Assembly: GCA_964387625.1 (NCBI GenBank)
Contig: CAYLWN010000001.1
Location: 35,560 to 99,559 of the forward strand
Direction: 5' to 3'
Source of the DNA: an uncultured Gammaproteobacteria bacterium
GTDB lineage: Bacteria > Patescibacteriota > Microgenomatia > UBA10105
DNA: 64,000 bases
The position numbers and the translations under genes were made by a program. Positions 1 through 10,221 of the stretch are shown in pieces (within the stretch, counting starts at the first letter, position 1; each line of letters starts with the position of its first letter). Under the pieces are notes generated by a model that saw only the letters and a program-made list of their open reading frames with translations, searched no databases and was not told the origin of the DNA.

Positions 1-566
1 GATCAGTTGATAATACTTATAAGATAGCAAAAAAAATACATGTTAAAGTGTTAAAGCATTTGTTAAATCGGGGTTTGGGAGCGGCTCTTGCAACTGGTTT
101 TGAGTATGCAAAAAAACATAAATATGAAATAGTGGTGACATTTGATGCAGATGGTCAGCATAAAGCCTCTGATATTAAGAGGATAATTGTGCCTATTATT
201 GAAGGAAAAGGAGATGTGGTTATCGGAAGTAGAGTTTTGGAGTATAGACAGATGCCTATTTTAAGAAGATTGATAAATTTATTGTCAAATTTAGCAACTT
301 ATATCTTGTTTGGAATATGGACCACAGATTCACAATCGGGCTTAAGAGCATTTAGCTCAAAAGCTTTAAAACTGATAAAATTAAAGTCTGAAAGAATGGA
401 AGTTTCATCAGAAATTTTTAAAGAAATTGGCAGGAATAAATTGCGATTGAAAGAAATACCAATAAAACCAATTTATACCCAATATTCGTTAAATAAAGGA
501 CAGCGGATATCAAATGCTACAAATGTAATTTGGAAGCTGTTCATAAATAAATTTTCTAATATATGA
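1..566 (+). CDS. GT2 polyprenyl-phosphate sugar synthase (DPM1/GtrB/ArnC-like), 5'-truncated at the window edge
   Basis: The frame of ORF 48..566 stays open back to base 3. The C-terminal region contains a DADGQH block and a VIGSR..Y block typical of dolichol/undecaprenyl-phosphate hexose synthases. The TGA stop overlaps the next start (ATGA at 563). Confidence 0.6.
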   Translation, partial: SVDNTYKIAKKIHVKVLKHLLNRGLGAALATGFEYAKKHKYEIVVTFDADGQHKASDIKRIIVPIIEGKGDVVIGSRVLEYRQMPILRRLINLLSNLATYILFGIWTTDSQSGLRAFSSKALKLIKLKSERMEVSSEIFKEIGRNKLRLKEIPIKPIYTQYSLNKGQRISNATNVIWKLFINKFSNI

Positions 567-913
567 GTATACAAATAATTCTCAGTTTATTTTTAGTTTT
601 TGCTATTAGCAGGGTAGTGTTACAAGTAAAATCGGCAAAAATCACCTGGGGTTCATTTTTATTCTGGTGCGGATTATTCATTTTTGCATTGTTCGGAGTT
701 TTGGATCCTAGAATAACCACATATGTAGCTAATATTTTGGGTATTGGTAGAGGAGCGGACGTGGTAATTTATATTTCAATAGTATTAATTTTTTATATGC
801 TTTTTAGGTTATCTATTGCAATAGAAGATACCCGCAGGGAGATATCAAATTTGGTCAGAAAAATTGCTCTTCAAGATGATAAAAATTCGGATACAGATAA
901 AACAAGTAAATAA
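563..913 (+). CDS. small DUF2304-like membrane protein (partner of DPM1-like GT2)
   Basis: 116 aa with three hydrophobic helices and a charged tail. ATG start overlaps the upstream stop. Small membrane proteins of this kind commonly follow DPM1-like GT2 genes. Confidence 0.4.
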   Translation: MSIQIILSLFLVFAISRVVLQVKSAKITWGSFLFWCGLFIFALFGVLDPRITTYVANILGIGRGADVVIYISIVLIFYMLFRLSIAIEDTRREISNLVRKIALQDDKNSDTDKTSK

Positions 914-918
914 TTCAA

Positions 919-2046
919 ATGAAAATACTCTTCATAAGCGAATATTTTCCCACTGATCAATATTTGGATGTTCATGGAGGAATGGAAATGAGAACTTATT
1001 ATGTTGCCAAGCTATTATCTTACAAACATCAAGTTTGGGTTATTACTTCAAGATTAGAAAGTAAATCAAAAAATAAACAAATAAATGGGATTAATGTCAT
1101 ATATGCAGGCATAACAAGATCATATAGCTATATAGGGAGCATTGGTGCAAGAATTATTTTTTCTATCAGCGCTATTTATCTTGGACTATTTACTGAATTT
1201 GATTTAGTTGAGGGAAGCGGATTATTAGGTTGGTTTCCGGCATATATTTTAGGAATTTTAAAGAAAAAGAAAAAAGTCATTATAGTTGCTGATGTTTCAG
1301 AAAACTATTTAACAGGATTTTTAAAGTATATGATTTCAAGGTTTGAAAAATTTATTTTTAAGGTGTCGTGGAATAAGATTATTTGCATCAGTAACACGAT
1401 AAAAAATTATTTGACTATATATGGAATTCAGGAAAAATCTATTGAAACAATTTATTGTGGTATAGACGATAAAATCTCAAATCTTTCAAAAAAAACAAAC
1501 GAGAAATTTAACATAGTTTGTGTTTCCAGACTTGTTCCTTACAAAAGAGTACTTGATCTAGTTAAAGCAGTTCATTTACTTTCACAAAAATACCCACAGA
1601 TTAAATTGGAAATAATTGGTGATGGAGAAGAATATAAAAACATTTATGATTATATAAATAAATATAAACTGAAAAATAATATAAGATTATTAGGTTTTAT
1701 AAAAAAGCATCAAGAGGTGATGGATTATATAAAAAGGGCTTATATTTTTTGTTTACCTTCTATTGTTGAAGGTTTTGGTATTGTAACCATAGAGAGTTTA
1801 GCTCAAGGAGTGCCTGTAATTTTGGCTGATTTGCCAATTCATCACGAAATAACCGAGAATAAGGGGGTAATATTTTTTGATCCTAAAAATTATATTGATT
1901 TAGCAGATAAATTAGAAAATGTTTGGGAAGATGAGATTCTTTATAAGAAGTTACGTACACAAGGACACGAAGTGTCTAAACAATATACTTGGCAAAAAAC
2001 TGCTAATAAAACCGGAAAATTATATGAATATTTGTGTTCTAATTGA
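919..2046 (+). CDS. GT4 family glycosyltransferase
   Basis: C-terminal EGFGIVTIESLAQGVPVI motif, the E-x7-E-like GT-B signature of Glycos_transf_1. ATG at 919. Confidence 0.7.
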   Translation: MKILFISEYFPTDQYLDVHGGMEMRTYYVAKLLSYKHQVWVITSRLESKSKNKQINGINVIYAGITRSYSYIGSIGARIIFSISAIYLGLFTEFDLVEGSGLLGWFPAYILGILKKKKKVIIVADVSENYLTGFLKYMISRFEKFIFKVSWNKIICISNTIKNYLTIYGIQEKSIETIYCGIDDKISNLSKKTNEKFNIVCVSRLVPYKRVLDLVKAVHLLSQKYPQIKLEIIGDGEEYKNIYDYINKYKLKNNIRLLGFIKKHQEVMDYIKRAYIFCLPSIVEGFGIVTIESLAQGVPVILADLPIHHEITENKGVIFFDPKNYIDLADKLENVWEDEILYKKLRTQGHEVSKQYTWQKTANKTGKLYEYLCSN

Positions 2047-3157
2047 TGCATGGGATCCCATTTGGGGTGGTGGTCAAACACACGTATGGGAAATTTCCAA
2101 ATTGTTAATTGGTAAATATAATCATAATATTGATATTTATACTAGAAAAATTATATCTGAAGATAACAATACTTATGTAAACAATGAACAATATTATAAA
2201 GGAAAATTAAAAATAATCAGGATTGGTCCTTTAACCAAGTTTTTTAATCCTTTGGCAAGAACTTTATGGTTCCTTAGTGTTATGGCTTCGGTGATTAAAA
2301 ATCATAGGCAAAAAAAATATACTCTGATTCATGCGCACGCATATTTATCAGGAATCCCTGGCAAAATATTAAGTAAATTACTGGGTATTCCTGTGGTATT
2401 TACTGTTCATGGCAGTAATTTGCTGGATTTGAATAAGAAGACATTGCTGTATTATTTAGAGAAATTTATATTAACTCAAATAAAATATGATCAGGAAATC
2501 TCTGTTTCAAATTCATTTTTAAAATATGAAAATACTAATTCAAACATTGAAGTGATTCCCAATGGCGTAAACGTACAAGAATTTGATAAAGTAAAGAAAG
2601 CCGTTGATAAAAGCAAATTTTCATATTTATGGGTAGGTAGATATGACAAGGTAAAAGGTTTACCCATTTTAATAGAAGCATTTAATAAATTATTATTATG
2701 TTATAAAGATATTCAACTTATTCTGGTTGGAGACGGACCTGAAAAAAACAAAATTCAATTATTGGTTAATAAATTTAAAATAATTGATTTTATTAAGTTT
2801 ATTCCAAAAACTAAACATGAGGATCTCATAAAGATATACAAACAGTCGGATGTTTTTGTTTTGCCTTCATTGACAGAAGGTCAGCCAATTACTATTTTGG
2901 AGGCTTGGGCTGCTAAATTACCTGTGATTGCTTCAAAAGTAGGCGATAACGTAAAATTGATTGAAAATGAAGTCAATGGAATTTTAGTAAATCCAAATAA
3001 TATTGAAGATCTGTACCAAGCGATGCTAAATATATATAGATTTAATAAACGGGAACTTTTGGGAAATAAGGGACACGAGTTAGTTTTAAAAAAATATACT
3101 TGGATAAAGAATGTTATAAAATTAGAACGAATATATAAACAATTGTTCTTATATTAA
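2024..3157 (+). CDS. GT4 family glycosyltransferase
   Basis: TEGQPITILEAWAAKLPVIASKVGD motif. I chose the in-frame ATG at 2024 (MNICVLIDAWDPIWGGGQTH, a typical GT4 N-terminus) over the track start at 1919, which lies inside the conserved C-terminus of the upstream GT4. Confidence 0.65.
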   Translation: MNICVLIDAWDPIWGGGQTHVWEISKLLIGKYNHNIDIYTRKIISEDNNTYVNNEQYYKGKLKIIRIGPLTKFFNPLARTLWFLSVMASVIKNHRQKKYTLIHAHAYLSGIPGKILSKLLGIPVVFTVHGSNLLDLNKKTLLYYLEKFILTQIKYDQEISVSNSFLKYENTNSNIEVIPNGVNVQEFDKVKKAVDKSKFSYLWVGRYDKVKGLPILIEAFNKLLLCYKDIQLILVGDGPEKNKIQLLVNKFKIIDFIKFIPKTKHEDLIKIYKQSDVFVLPSLTEGQPITILEAWAAKLPVIASKVGDNVKLIENEVNGILVNPNNIEDLYQAMLNIYRFNKRELLGNKGHELVLKKYTWIKNVIKLERIYKQLFLY

Positions 3158-3164
3158 TATCAAC

Positions 3165-4646
3165 ATGTTTAAAATTATTAAACACAATATAGTAATTATT
3201 TTAATATTAATTACTGCAGCGGGTTTGTTGAGTATAAATATTAATAAAAAATTTATCGGTATCCATGATTGGAATGGAGTCTGGTATGGAACGATAGCCA
3301 AGAATAATTTAAAACTTGGCCTATTACATACAAAATTAGGATCAGTTAAAGGTACAGGGGACACTCAACTCAGTGCAGGATCTTATTTTACACATTATCC
3401 GGTACTTTTCCCTTTGATTTTGACAGCAGGTTATTATTTAATGGGCGTATCTGAAGCATCCCTAAGAATTACAGTATCGGCGTTTTCATTATTATCGGTA
3501 TTATTTATTTATTTGATTACCAAAAGAATTTTTGATAAAAAAACTGCAATTTATTCCGCAATTTTTACAATTATAACGCCATTATTTATCTATTATGGAA
3601 AAATGCCGGTTCATGAACCTGTGCTGTTGTGTTTGGTCTTAGGCACTGTCTATTTTTATATTAAATGGTTTGACAGTCAAAAAAATAAGGATTTTTTGGG
3701 AATGTCTGTATTTTTGGTCATCAGCCTATTGATCACATGGCCGGCTTATTTTGTACCATTTTTACTATTATGTCATTATTATCTATTTCATAAACAAAAA
3801 AAACATCTAAAATTGTTATTACTGTTGATATTAATTGAAATATCAGCTTTTTTACTTCATTTACTGCATGTTTATATATTAACCGGATCTTTTTTTGGCG
3901 GAGGATTGATAGAAATATTTTTATCCAGGATAAGCTCTGATTCTACAACACAATTGTATTCATTAAATATTACAAAATATCTCACCACAGAAATAAGATA
4001 CTTTTCTTTATATTTTACGCGCATTCTTTTATTTTTTAGCGGTGTATGGTTTTTTACACAAATATATTATATTTTAAGGTTTAAAAAAATATCATATAAA
4101 AATAGTATTATCTGGTTATTTATGATATTTGGAAGTTTATATTTAGTAATTTTCAAAGAAGCTTCATTTTTACATGACTATTTGATTTATTACTTACTGC
4201 CTTTTTTTGTCATTTCTTCTGCAATCATATTTATAAAGTTAATTAATTTTATTACTAATAAGTATTTAAAATACATTGTTATTGTTTTAGCAATTGTTAT
4301 TATTGGTTCTGACAAATATAGTTATTTAGTTGCGTTAATTAAAAGTAATCAAAGCGAAAAAGCATATACTATTGGCAATTTTATCAATAACAATGCATCA
4401 GCTAACGATAAGGTGTTTATTGCGTCCAATGTTTATAGACAATTCTATGGACCTTTTATAACTTACTATTCCAATTATTCTATAATTAATTATGCGGAGT
4501 CATTGGATTTAACTACTGCAAAAAAATATAATTTGATAGTCAGAATTAAATCCCACGATGCCTTGGACCCAAACAGTAAAATTATACTAGCAACAAATTT
4601 CAAACCTAATGAAGATGATAATTTTATTTATTATTTTCCTCAATAA
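3165..4646 (+). CDS. GT-C fold glycosyltransferase (ArnT/PMT, GT39/GT83-like), polytopic membrane protein
   Basis: About 11 predicted TM helices. The first loop carries an acidic motif (IGIHDWNG) and there is a C-terminal soluble domain. Confidence 0.5.
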   Translation: MFKIIKHNIVIILILITAAGLLSININKKFIGIHDWNGVWYGTIAKNNLKLGLLHTKLGSVKGTGDTQLSAGSYFTHYPVLFPLILTAGYYLMGVSEASLRITVSAFSLLSVLFIYLITKRIFDKKTAIYSAIFTIITPLFIYYGKMPVHEPVLLCLVLGTVYFYIKWFDSQKNKDFLGMSVFLVISLLITWPAYFVPFLLLCHYYLFHKQKKHLKLLLLLILIEISAFLLHLLHVYILTGSFFGGGLIEIFLSRISSDSTTQLYSLNITKYLTTEIRYFSLYFTRILLFFSGVWFFTQIYYILRFKKISYKNSIIWLFMIFGSLYLVIFKEASFLHDYLIYYLLPFFVISSAIIFIKLINFITNKYLKYIVIVLAIVIIGSDKYSYLVALIKSNQSEKAYTIGNFINNNASANDKVFIASNVYRQFYGPFITYYSNYSIINYAESLDLTTAKKYNLIVRIKSHDALDPNSKIILATNFKPNEDDNFIYYFPQ

Positions 4647-4649
4647 TTC

Positions 4650-5429
4650 ATGAAAAAAATTGATGTTATCATGCCTGCAAGAAATGCTAGTAAATATTTA
4701 AGGTGTGCAATTGACAGCATATTAAATCAAACTTATGAAAATTTCAGACTTATCATTGTTGATGATGCATCAACAGATAATACTGTAAAAATAATCAAAT
4801 CATATTTGGATAATAGAATATTTTTAATTAAGAATAGATCTCAAATGGGAGTTGCAAAAAGCCTAAATATTGCCCTTAATTATGTAAATTCAGAATATAT
4901 AGCTCGGATGGATGCTGACGATGTTGCTAAATCAAATCGTCTTCAAACACAGTTAGATTACCTGATAAATCATAAAGACGTTGGTGTTGTTGCAAGTGCA
5001 GCTGATCTAATTAATGAAAACGGAAAAATTTGTGGTATTAAACAATATTCATCAAATGAGGTAGATACTTGTAACCAATTAATAAATAGAAATGTAATAA
5101 TTCATCCTACTGTGATGTTTCGGACGCAACTCATAAATAAATACGGTTTATACGATGAAAATTTAAACGGAGCAGAAGATTATGATTTGTGGTTAAGGTT
5201 GGGAAAACACACAAAAATAATTAATTTGCCTCAAAAATTACTAAAATACAGAATACACACAGATAATGTTTCAAATTATGCAATAAAAAAAGTTGAAAAA
5301 GCCACAATAAAAGCTCAAATTAAAGCCTTAATTAAATATAATTATAATCTTGTATTAATTTTATATATAATAAGAAACATTATTTCATATTTAATACCTG
5401 CTTCAATAAAAAAAGCATCTTTTAATTAA
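4650..5429 (+). CDS. GT2 family glycosyltransferase
   Basis: VIMPARN...IVDDASTDNT and RMDADD motifs (GT-A DxD). Confidence 0.7.
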   Translation: MKKIDVIMPARNASKYLRCAIDSILNQTYENFRLIIVDDASTDNTVKIIKSYLDNRIFLIKNRSQMGVAKSLNIALNYVNSEYIARMDADDVAKSNRLQTQLDYLINHKDVGVVASAADLINENGKICGIKQYSSNEVDTCNQLINRNVIIHPTVMFRTQLINKYGLYDENLNGAEDYDLWLRLGKHTKIINLPQKLLKYRIHTDNVSNYAIKKVEKATIKAQIKALIKYNYNLVLILYIIRNIISYLIPASIKKASFN

Positions 5430-5461
5430 TTAAAAGATAGCCTATTTTTTTACTTTTTAGA

Positions 5462-6721
5462 ATGAAAAAAACAACTCCTACACAACTAAGAATTTTGATG
5501 TTGACTGAATATTTTTATCCATTTGATCGGGGAGGCAGTGAATGGAGTGTTTATCATTTATCTAAGTCTTTGCTTGATTTAGGATCAGAAGTTGCAGTTT
5601 TTACGCCTAATTATGGTGAAAAATCCTATGCTGTCAAAGATAAGATTAAAATTTACCGTTTTCCTTTTTTAATTTACTTAAAAAGAAAAAATGCACCCAT
5701 AACCCCTTTTTGGCACTCAAACATATTATGGTTTGTTGTTTCATTTGTCTATTTGTTCATAACAATACTTAAGTTTAAACCTACTCATATTCATATACAG
5801 GGAAAATATTTTATTCCTCAAGCTGTGATTGCAGGAAAAATTATACGCTTACCCGTAATTGTAACTTTAAGAGATTATATAGTTTTATGTCCTTATGCTT
5901 TTTGTATAAACAGGAAAAATAAATATTTATCCTGTTCTTACGGTGATTTAATAAATAAAGATCTAAATTTATTTCAAAAAAATTATCTAAGTAGTAAAAA
6001 TTTAATTAGCTATTTTATAAGTTTTATAGCTGCAATCAGAGGCTATTTGGTGTCAGCAATTTTAAGATTTTTTTTAAGTCAAGATACATATAAAATTGCC
6101 ATTAGTAAAAAAGTCGCATTAATATATAAACTAAACAACATTCACGTAAATAAAGTAATTTATAATTCGATATCTTCCGTTAAAGCATTTCCTTCTAAAA
6201 CTAAGAATTATTTAGTTTATGCAGGCAGATTAACAAAAGGTAAAGGGATTGATTCATTTACTAAAGCATATTTCAGTCTAAGTAAAACAATATTGCTACC
6301 AAAATTGTTAGTTATTGGAGATGGCCCATTAAAGACGCTACTTAAAGAGTATAAGCTAAAAAATATCAGCCTTTTGGGGCATTTAAGACAAGAAGAGGTG
6401 CTTAAGGTTTTTAGGTCGGCTAAGGCTGTTGTAGTGCCTTCAATTTGGGAAGAACCGTTTGGACGGGTAGCTCTCGAAGCTATTATTTGTCAAATTCCTG
6501 TATTAGCCAGTAACAGGGGTGCATTGCCAGAAATTGTCATAAATAACCGTTATGGAAAAATTATTGAACCATCAATAAATAATTTTAAAAAAGAGTTAGT
6601 AAAATTTCTGAAAAATAGAAATATATATAAAAAATATTTACTAACGGACAAAAAATTAATATTAGATAAATTCGCGTATAATCCGATCACTGCTCATTTA
6701 GCTGTATATAAATCATTATGA
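5462..6721 (+). CDS. GT4 family glycosyltransferase
   Basis: EEPFGRVALEAIICQIPVLASNRGALPEIV motif. Confidence 0.65.
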   Translation: MKKTTPTQLRILMLTEYFYPFDRGGSEWSVYHLSKSLLDLGSEVAVFTPNYGEKSYAVKDKIKIYRFPFLIYLKRKNAPITPFWHSNILWFVVSFVYLFITILKFKPTHIHIQGKYFIPQAVIAGKIIRLPVIVTLRDYIVLCPYAFCINRKNKYLSCSYGDLINKDLNLFQKNYLSSKNLISYFISFIAAIRGYLVSAILRFFLSQDTYKIAISKKVALIYKLNNIHVNKVIYNSISSVKAFPSKTKNYLVYAGRLTKGKGIDSFTKAYFSLSKTILLPKLLVIGDGPLKTLLKEYKLKNISLLGHLRQEEVLKVFRSAKAVVVPSIWEEPFGRVALEAIICQIPVLASNRGALPEIVINNRYGKIIEPSINNFKKELVKFLKNRNIYKKYLLTDKKLILDKFAYNPITAHLAVYKSL

Positions 6722-7791
6722 TTTTGAGCGTATTCTTAGCAATTGGCGAAAGTTGGGAAGATTTCCAAAAAAAAGGACAGGATAAACTGCTTATAAAAAA
6801 TAACTTTTACCAATATTCTCAAAATTTTGAAAAAGTTTTTATTTTTTCATACGGAAAAAAAAGTAAAAAACTTCTCAAAAACGTTTTCTTATTAGGTAAT
6901 AAATATAGAATTCACAGATTTGTTTACTCTTTTATTTTTCCTATAATTTACAAAAAGGAAATAAAACAAAGTCGGATAATCAGAGGAATGCAAATAACTA
7001 GCGCCATAGCTGGAAGCGTTAGTAAAATTCTATATAAAAAAAAGGTGATTATTAACTATGGTTATGATTATGGAAACGTGGCAAAGATAGAAAAAAAATA
7101 TTTACACGCGTTATTATTTAAGTTAATGGATAATATTATTTTTAATTTTGTTGACGGTGTGATTGTTACGACAAGACAATTAAAGAAAAAAATTTCTATC
7201 TTAACCGATGTTCCTTTATATTTGATACCTAATAGTATTAATACAAAAATATTTAAACCTATGCGAAGAAAAAAAAGTATTGATATATTATATATTGGTA
7301 GATTAGAAAAACAAAAAAATTTGAAACTAATTATAGATGCAGCTTCTTTATTAAAAAAGAAAATAAGCACAGTGTTTATAGGAGATGGAAAACAAAGAAA
7401 TCTTTTAATAACACACGCGAAGATTAATAAAGTTAATTTAAAAATATTATCTTCTAAACCTCATAATTTACTAAATAATTTTTATAACAAAACAAAAATT
7501 TTTATTTTACCTTCACTTGAAGAAGGACACCCAAAAGCGTTACTTGAAGCAATGAGTTGCGGAGTAGCTGTTATTGGAACCAACGTAACTGGAATAAAGA
7601 ATTTGATTATAAATAACAAAAACGGAATATTATCAAAATTGGATTCTTATGAATTGAGTAAAAAAATTGAACTTTTATTAAAAAATTCAAAACTAAGACA
7701 AAAACTATCTTCAAATGCACGACAATATATAATATCTAATTATAATAGTATCAGCACCTGGAAAAAGGAAATCCTGCTTTTGAAACAATAA
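6718..7791 (+). CDS. GT4 family glycosyltransferase
   Basis: EEGHPKALLEAMSCGVAVIGTNVTGIKNLI motif. ATGA overlap with the upstream gene. Confidence 0.65.
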   Translation: MILSVFLAIGESWEDFQKKGQDKLLIKNNFYQYSQNFEKVFIFSYGKKSKKLLKNVFLLGNKYRIHRFVYSFIFPIIYKKEIKQSRIIRGMQITSAIAGSVSKILYKKKVIINYGYDYGNVAKIEKKYLHALLFKLMDNIIFNFVDGVIVTTRQLKKKISILTDVPLYLIPNSINTKIFKPMRRKKSIDILYIGRLEKQKNLKLIIDAASLLKKKISTVFIGDGKQRNLLITHAKINKVNLKILSSKPHNLLNNFYNKTKIFILPSLEEGHPKALLEAMSCGVAVIGTNVTGIKNLIINNKNGILSKLDSYELSKKIELLLKNSKLRQKLSSNARQYIISNYNSISTWKKEILLLKQ

Positions 7792-7793
7792 TC

Positions 7794-9002
7794 ATGCACA
7801 TTTTATTTGTATGTTCAGAATTTCCTATAGAGAATAGAGCTACCGGTGGTTTCGGAAGTTATGTTGATAAAATTAGTCAGGGATTAGTAAGTTTAGGACA
7901 TAAAGTCACTATAGTTTGTATAGGCGAAAATCCTAAATTTGTAAATGATAAAAAAAGAAATATATGGCTTATTAAGCCAGTTTTAGACGATTTATTATTA
8001 TATTTTTTAAATTCCTCAAGTAGATTTTTAAATCGATTAATAAAATTTATAAGGTACCCTTTAGGATTTAGTTTAGCAGTATATTTAACTATTCAGAAAA
8101 TAAACAAAGCAACTCCTATAGATATTATCGAAGGTGGTGATTTTGGAGCAGAAATGTTCTTTTATTTATTGCTCCGGTCTGCAAAAAATCCTAAAACAGT
8201 AATTAAGCTTCATACGCCAAGTTTTATAATCCGTAAGACAAATGATGAAAAACTAAATAACTTTTATAAAGTAATGGAATTTTTGGAATCCTTCTGTTTA
8301 AAAAAAACAGATGCACTTAATTCTCCAACTAAAGCATTAGCCGAATTTGTTTGTAGATATTTGCATATAAAAGTAACTAAAATCATTCCTTATCCTGTAA
8401 TTCCCATAAAAATGGACGCAAGAATAAAAAGAGATAAGAATCTGGTTTTATATATAGGTAAATTTCAGAAAAAAAAGGGGGTGTTCGTTTTGGTAGATGC
8501 GATTCCAAAAATTATTAAATTATTTCCAAAAGTTAAATTTATACTTATAGGCCCCGACAGTATGACAAACAATAAATCAACAAAAGAGATGTTACAAGAA
8601 AATCTCAAAAAAGGCCATTGTTTAAATAACGTAACTTTTATTGAAAATATCAGCCAAAACGAGCTATATAAATACTATCAAAAAGCGATAATAACAGTAG
8701 TTCCATCAATTTGGGAAAATTTTCCAAACGTTATTTTGGAAGCGATGTTGCTTAAATCTTTAGTTGTTTCTACAAAAGTAGGGGGAATACTGGAAATAAT
8801 TCAACATAAGCAAACTGGTATTATGGTAGAACCCGGAGACAGCAAAGATTTAGCAAAATCAATTATAAAAATTATCAAAAGAAAAAAACAGATAAATAGA
8901 ATGGTTCAATTAGCAAAAAAAGATATTCAAAATAAATATTCATTAATAAAAATTGCACAAAAGACTATTTCTTTTTATGGGAAGATAATGCAAGTGCAAT
9001 AA
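7794..9002 (+). CDS. GT4 family glycosyltransferase
   Basis: WENFPNVILEAMLLKSLVVSTKVGGILEII motif. Confidence 0.65.
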   Translation: MHILFVCSEFPIENRATGGFGSYVDKISQGLVSLGHKVTIVCIGENPKFVNDKKRNIWLIKPVLDDLLLYFLNSSSRFLNRLIKFIRYPLGFSLAVYLTIQKINKATPIDIIEGGDFGAEMFFYLLLRSAKNPKTVIKLHTPSFIIRKTNDEKLNNFYKVMEFLESFCLKKTDALNSPTKALAEFVCRYLHIKVTKIIPYPVIPIKMDARIKRDKNLVLYIGKFQKKKGVFVLVDAIPKIIKLFPKVKFILIGPDSMTNNKSTKEMLQENLKKGHCLNNVTFIENISQNELYKYYQKAIITVVPSIWENFPNVILEAMLLKSLVVSTKVGGILEIIQHKQTGIMVEPGDSKDLAKSIIKIIKRKKQINRMVQLAKKDIQNKYSLIKIAQKTISFYGKIMQVQ

Positions 9003-10215
9003 AAGGGACAATTGGCTCAGTCCATCTTTCTATTAAAATAATAATTATCAATCCCCAAATTTGATATCTTGGAATAAGTATAAATATTAATACTATTTTC
9101 ACTAATTGAGGTAAAACGCCTGCAATAATTTGCGGTTTCTTACGTTTTTGATACATGACCATATCATAAACCACCCATGAAAATGGAAGAGGAATAAGGG
9201 CTAAGCTTAATACCTGTCCGTAAACAATAGCATCTTGGTATTTTGAACCGAAGAAAAAATTTATCAAAATCGGCGTTAATAAAAATAAAAATAAACTCAA
9301 AAAAATACCCAATATAAAAAATTTCCACCAATGAGTTTTTAAGGTATTAAGATGTTCTTTGTTTGATTGTGATGCTAATTTGGCAGTTATTGGTTTATAA
9401 AATACTTGAAAATTTTTCTGCACTGATGTTAAAAATTTGGAAGCTACAGCGTAAATTGCCAATGCTTCAACATTAATAAAATTACCAAGAATAATACTAC
9501 CCAAATTACCGGTTATCCAGGGAATAATAGATAAAATAGTTAAAAATGAACCATAACGAAAAAGCTCCTTATCCTGAGTGTTATTTTTTACTAAACGCAG
9601 ACAGTAATAGAATCCGATTATTGCAGGAATAATTAATGCCATCATATAACTAAATATTAATAATGGTGTTTTAGGAAAATAAAATATGGAAACTGATAAT
9701 AAAACTAAAAAAAATAATGAGGCTAAAGAAGATACAATTGATAAAACAGAAAAATTCCGTTTACCTGTTAAAAAAGCCGGATAAATTGAAAATGGATTTA
9801 AGAAAGGAAAAAGCAAAGCAGCAATCAAGAGACCTGTACTGATCTGATTTTGTTGTTGAAGAAAATGATATCCAGATATGGCCAGAAGTATAGGAATACC
9901 CAATAATGAAAATTTAAATTTTGAATTTATGGCAAATATTAATGAACCGTCAAATTTTTTACTTACTGATTGAGTTAATGCAAGATCTAACCCGGGTAAA
10001 CTAAGAAAAGTTAACATACCTAAATATGAAAGTATTAAATTGTATTCTCCAAAAGTGGTTTTTGAAAGGAAATGACCAAAAAAGTAACTGACAATTAACC
10101 CGCATGTTACACCGATTATTTGTTGTAATGTTGCCCAAAGGCTACTTTTAGTAAAATAAGTAATATCTAATTTTAATAAGCTTAGAAAAAATCTGGGAAA
10201 GGCATTTTTTTGCAT
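8965..10215 (-). CDS. Wzx-like oligosaccharide flippase (MOP/polysaccharide biosynthesis protein family)
   Basis: 416 aa, about 12 TM helices, topology and length typical of Wzx/RfbX. ATG at 10215. Its 3' end overlaps the convergent GT4 gene by 38 nt. Confidence 0.5.
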   Translation of the reverse strand: MQKNAFPRFFLSLLKLDITYFTKSSLWATLQQIIGVTCGLIVSYFFGHFLSKTTFGEYNLILSYLGMLTFLSLPGLDLALTQSVSKKFDGSLIFAINSKFKFSLLGIPILLAISGYHFLQQQNQISTGLLIAALLFPFLNPFSIYPAFLTGKRNFSVLSIVSSLASLFFLVLLSVSIFYFPKTPLLIFSYMMALIIPAIIGFYYCLRLVKNNTQDKELFRYGSFLTILSIIPWITGNLGSIILGNFINVEALAIYAVASKFLTSVQKNFQVFYKPITAKLASQSNKEHLNTLKTHWWKFFILGIFLSLFLFLLTPILINFFFGSKYQDAIVYGQVLSLALIPLPFSWVVYDMVMYQKRKKPQIIAGVLPQLVKIVLIFILIPRYQIWGLIIIILIERWTEPIVPFIALALSSHKKK

Positions 10216-10221
10216 AATTAA

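Noticed and set aside
1261-1276. Homopolymeric A/T tracts (A8-A9, T8-T9) inside glycosyltransferase genes, as possible phase-variation switches.
   Set aside because: Such tracts are numerous and scattered everywhere in this AT-rich sequence, often encoding Lys or Phe runs. There is no enrichment at 5' ends and there are no G/C tracts, so they are most likely compositional rather than contingency loci.
1919-2023. Track start at ATG 1919 for the second GT4 gene.
   Set aside because: It would place 35 codons inside the conserved C-terminal region of the upstream GT4. ATG 2024 yields a canonical GT4 N-terminus (MNICVLIDAW...GGG), so 2024 was preferred.
3149-3364. Small ORFs (60-100 aa) antisense or internal to large conserved genes. 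Examples: 3149..3364, 7068..7370, 13279..13461, 17657..17875, 17948..18223, 20102..20356, 24518..24700, 25455..25667, 26547..26735, 27945..28202, 35835..36259, 38274..38498, 40077..40728, 44995..45192, 52198..52407, 53631..53813, 54300..54599, 57779..58060, 58511..58726, 60518..60715, 60892..61143, 61389..61622, 62999..63847.
   Set aside because: Each lies inside a longer ORF on the other strand or frame whose product has clear family motifs. Their translations are low-complexity Ile/Leu/Phe/Lys-rich strings, as expected from the reverse complement of AT-rich coding DNA. None has an SD or a recognisable motif.
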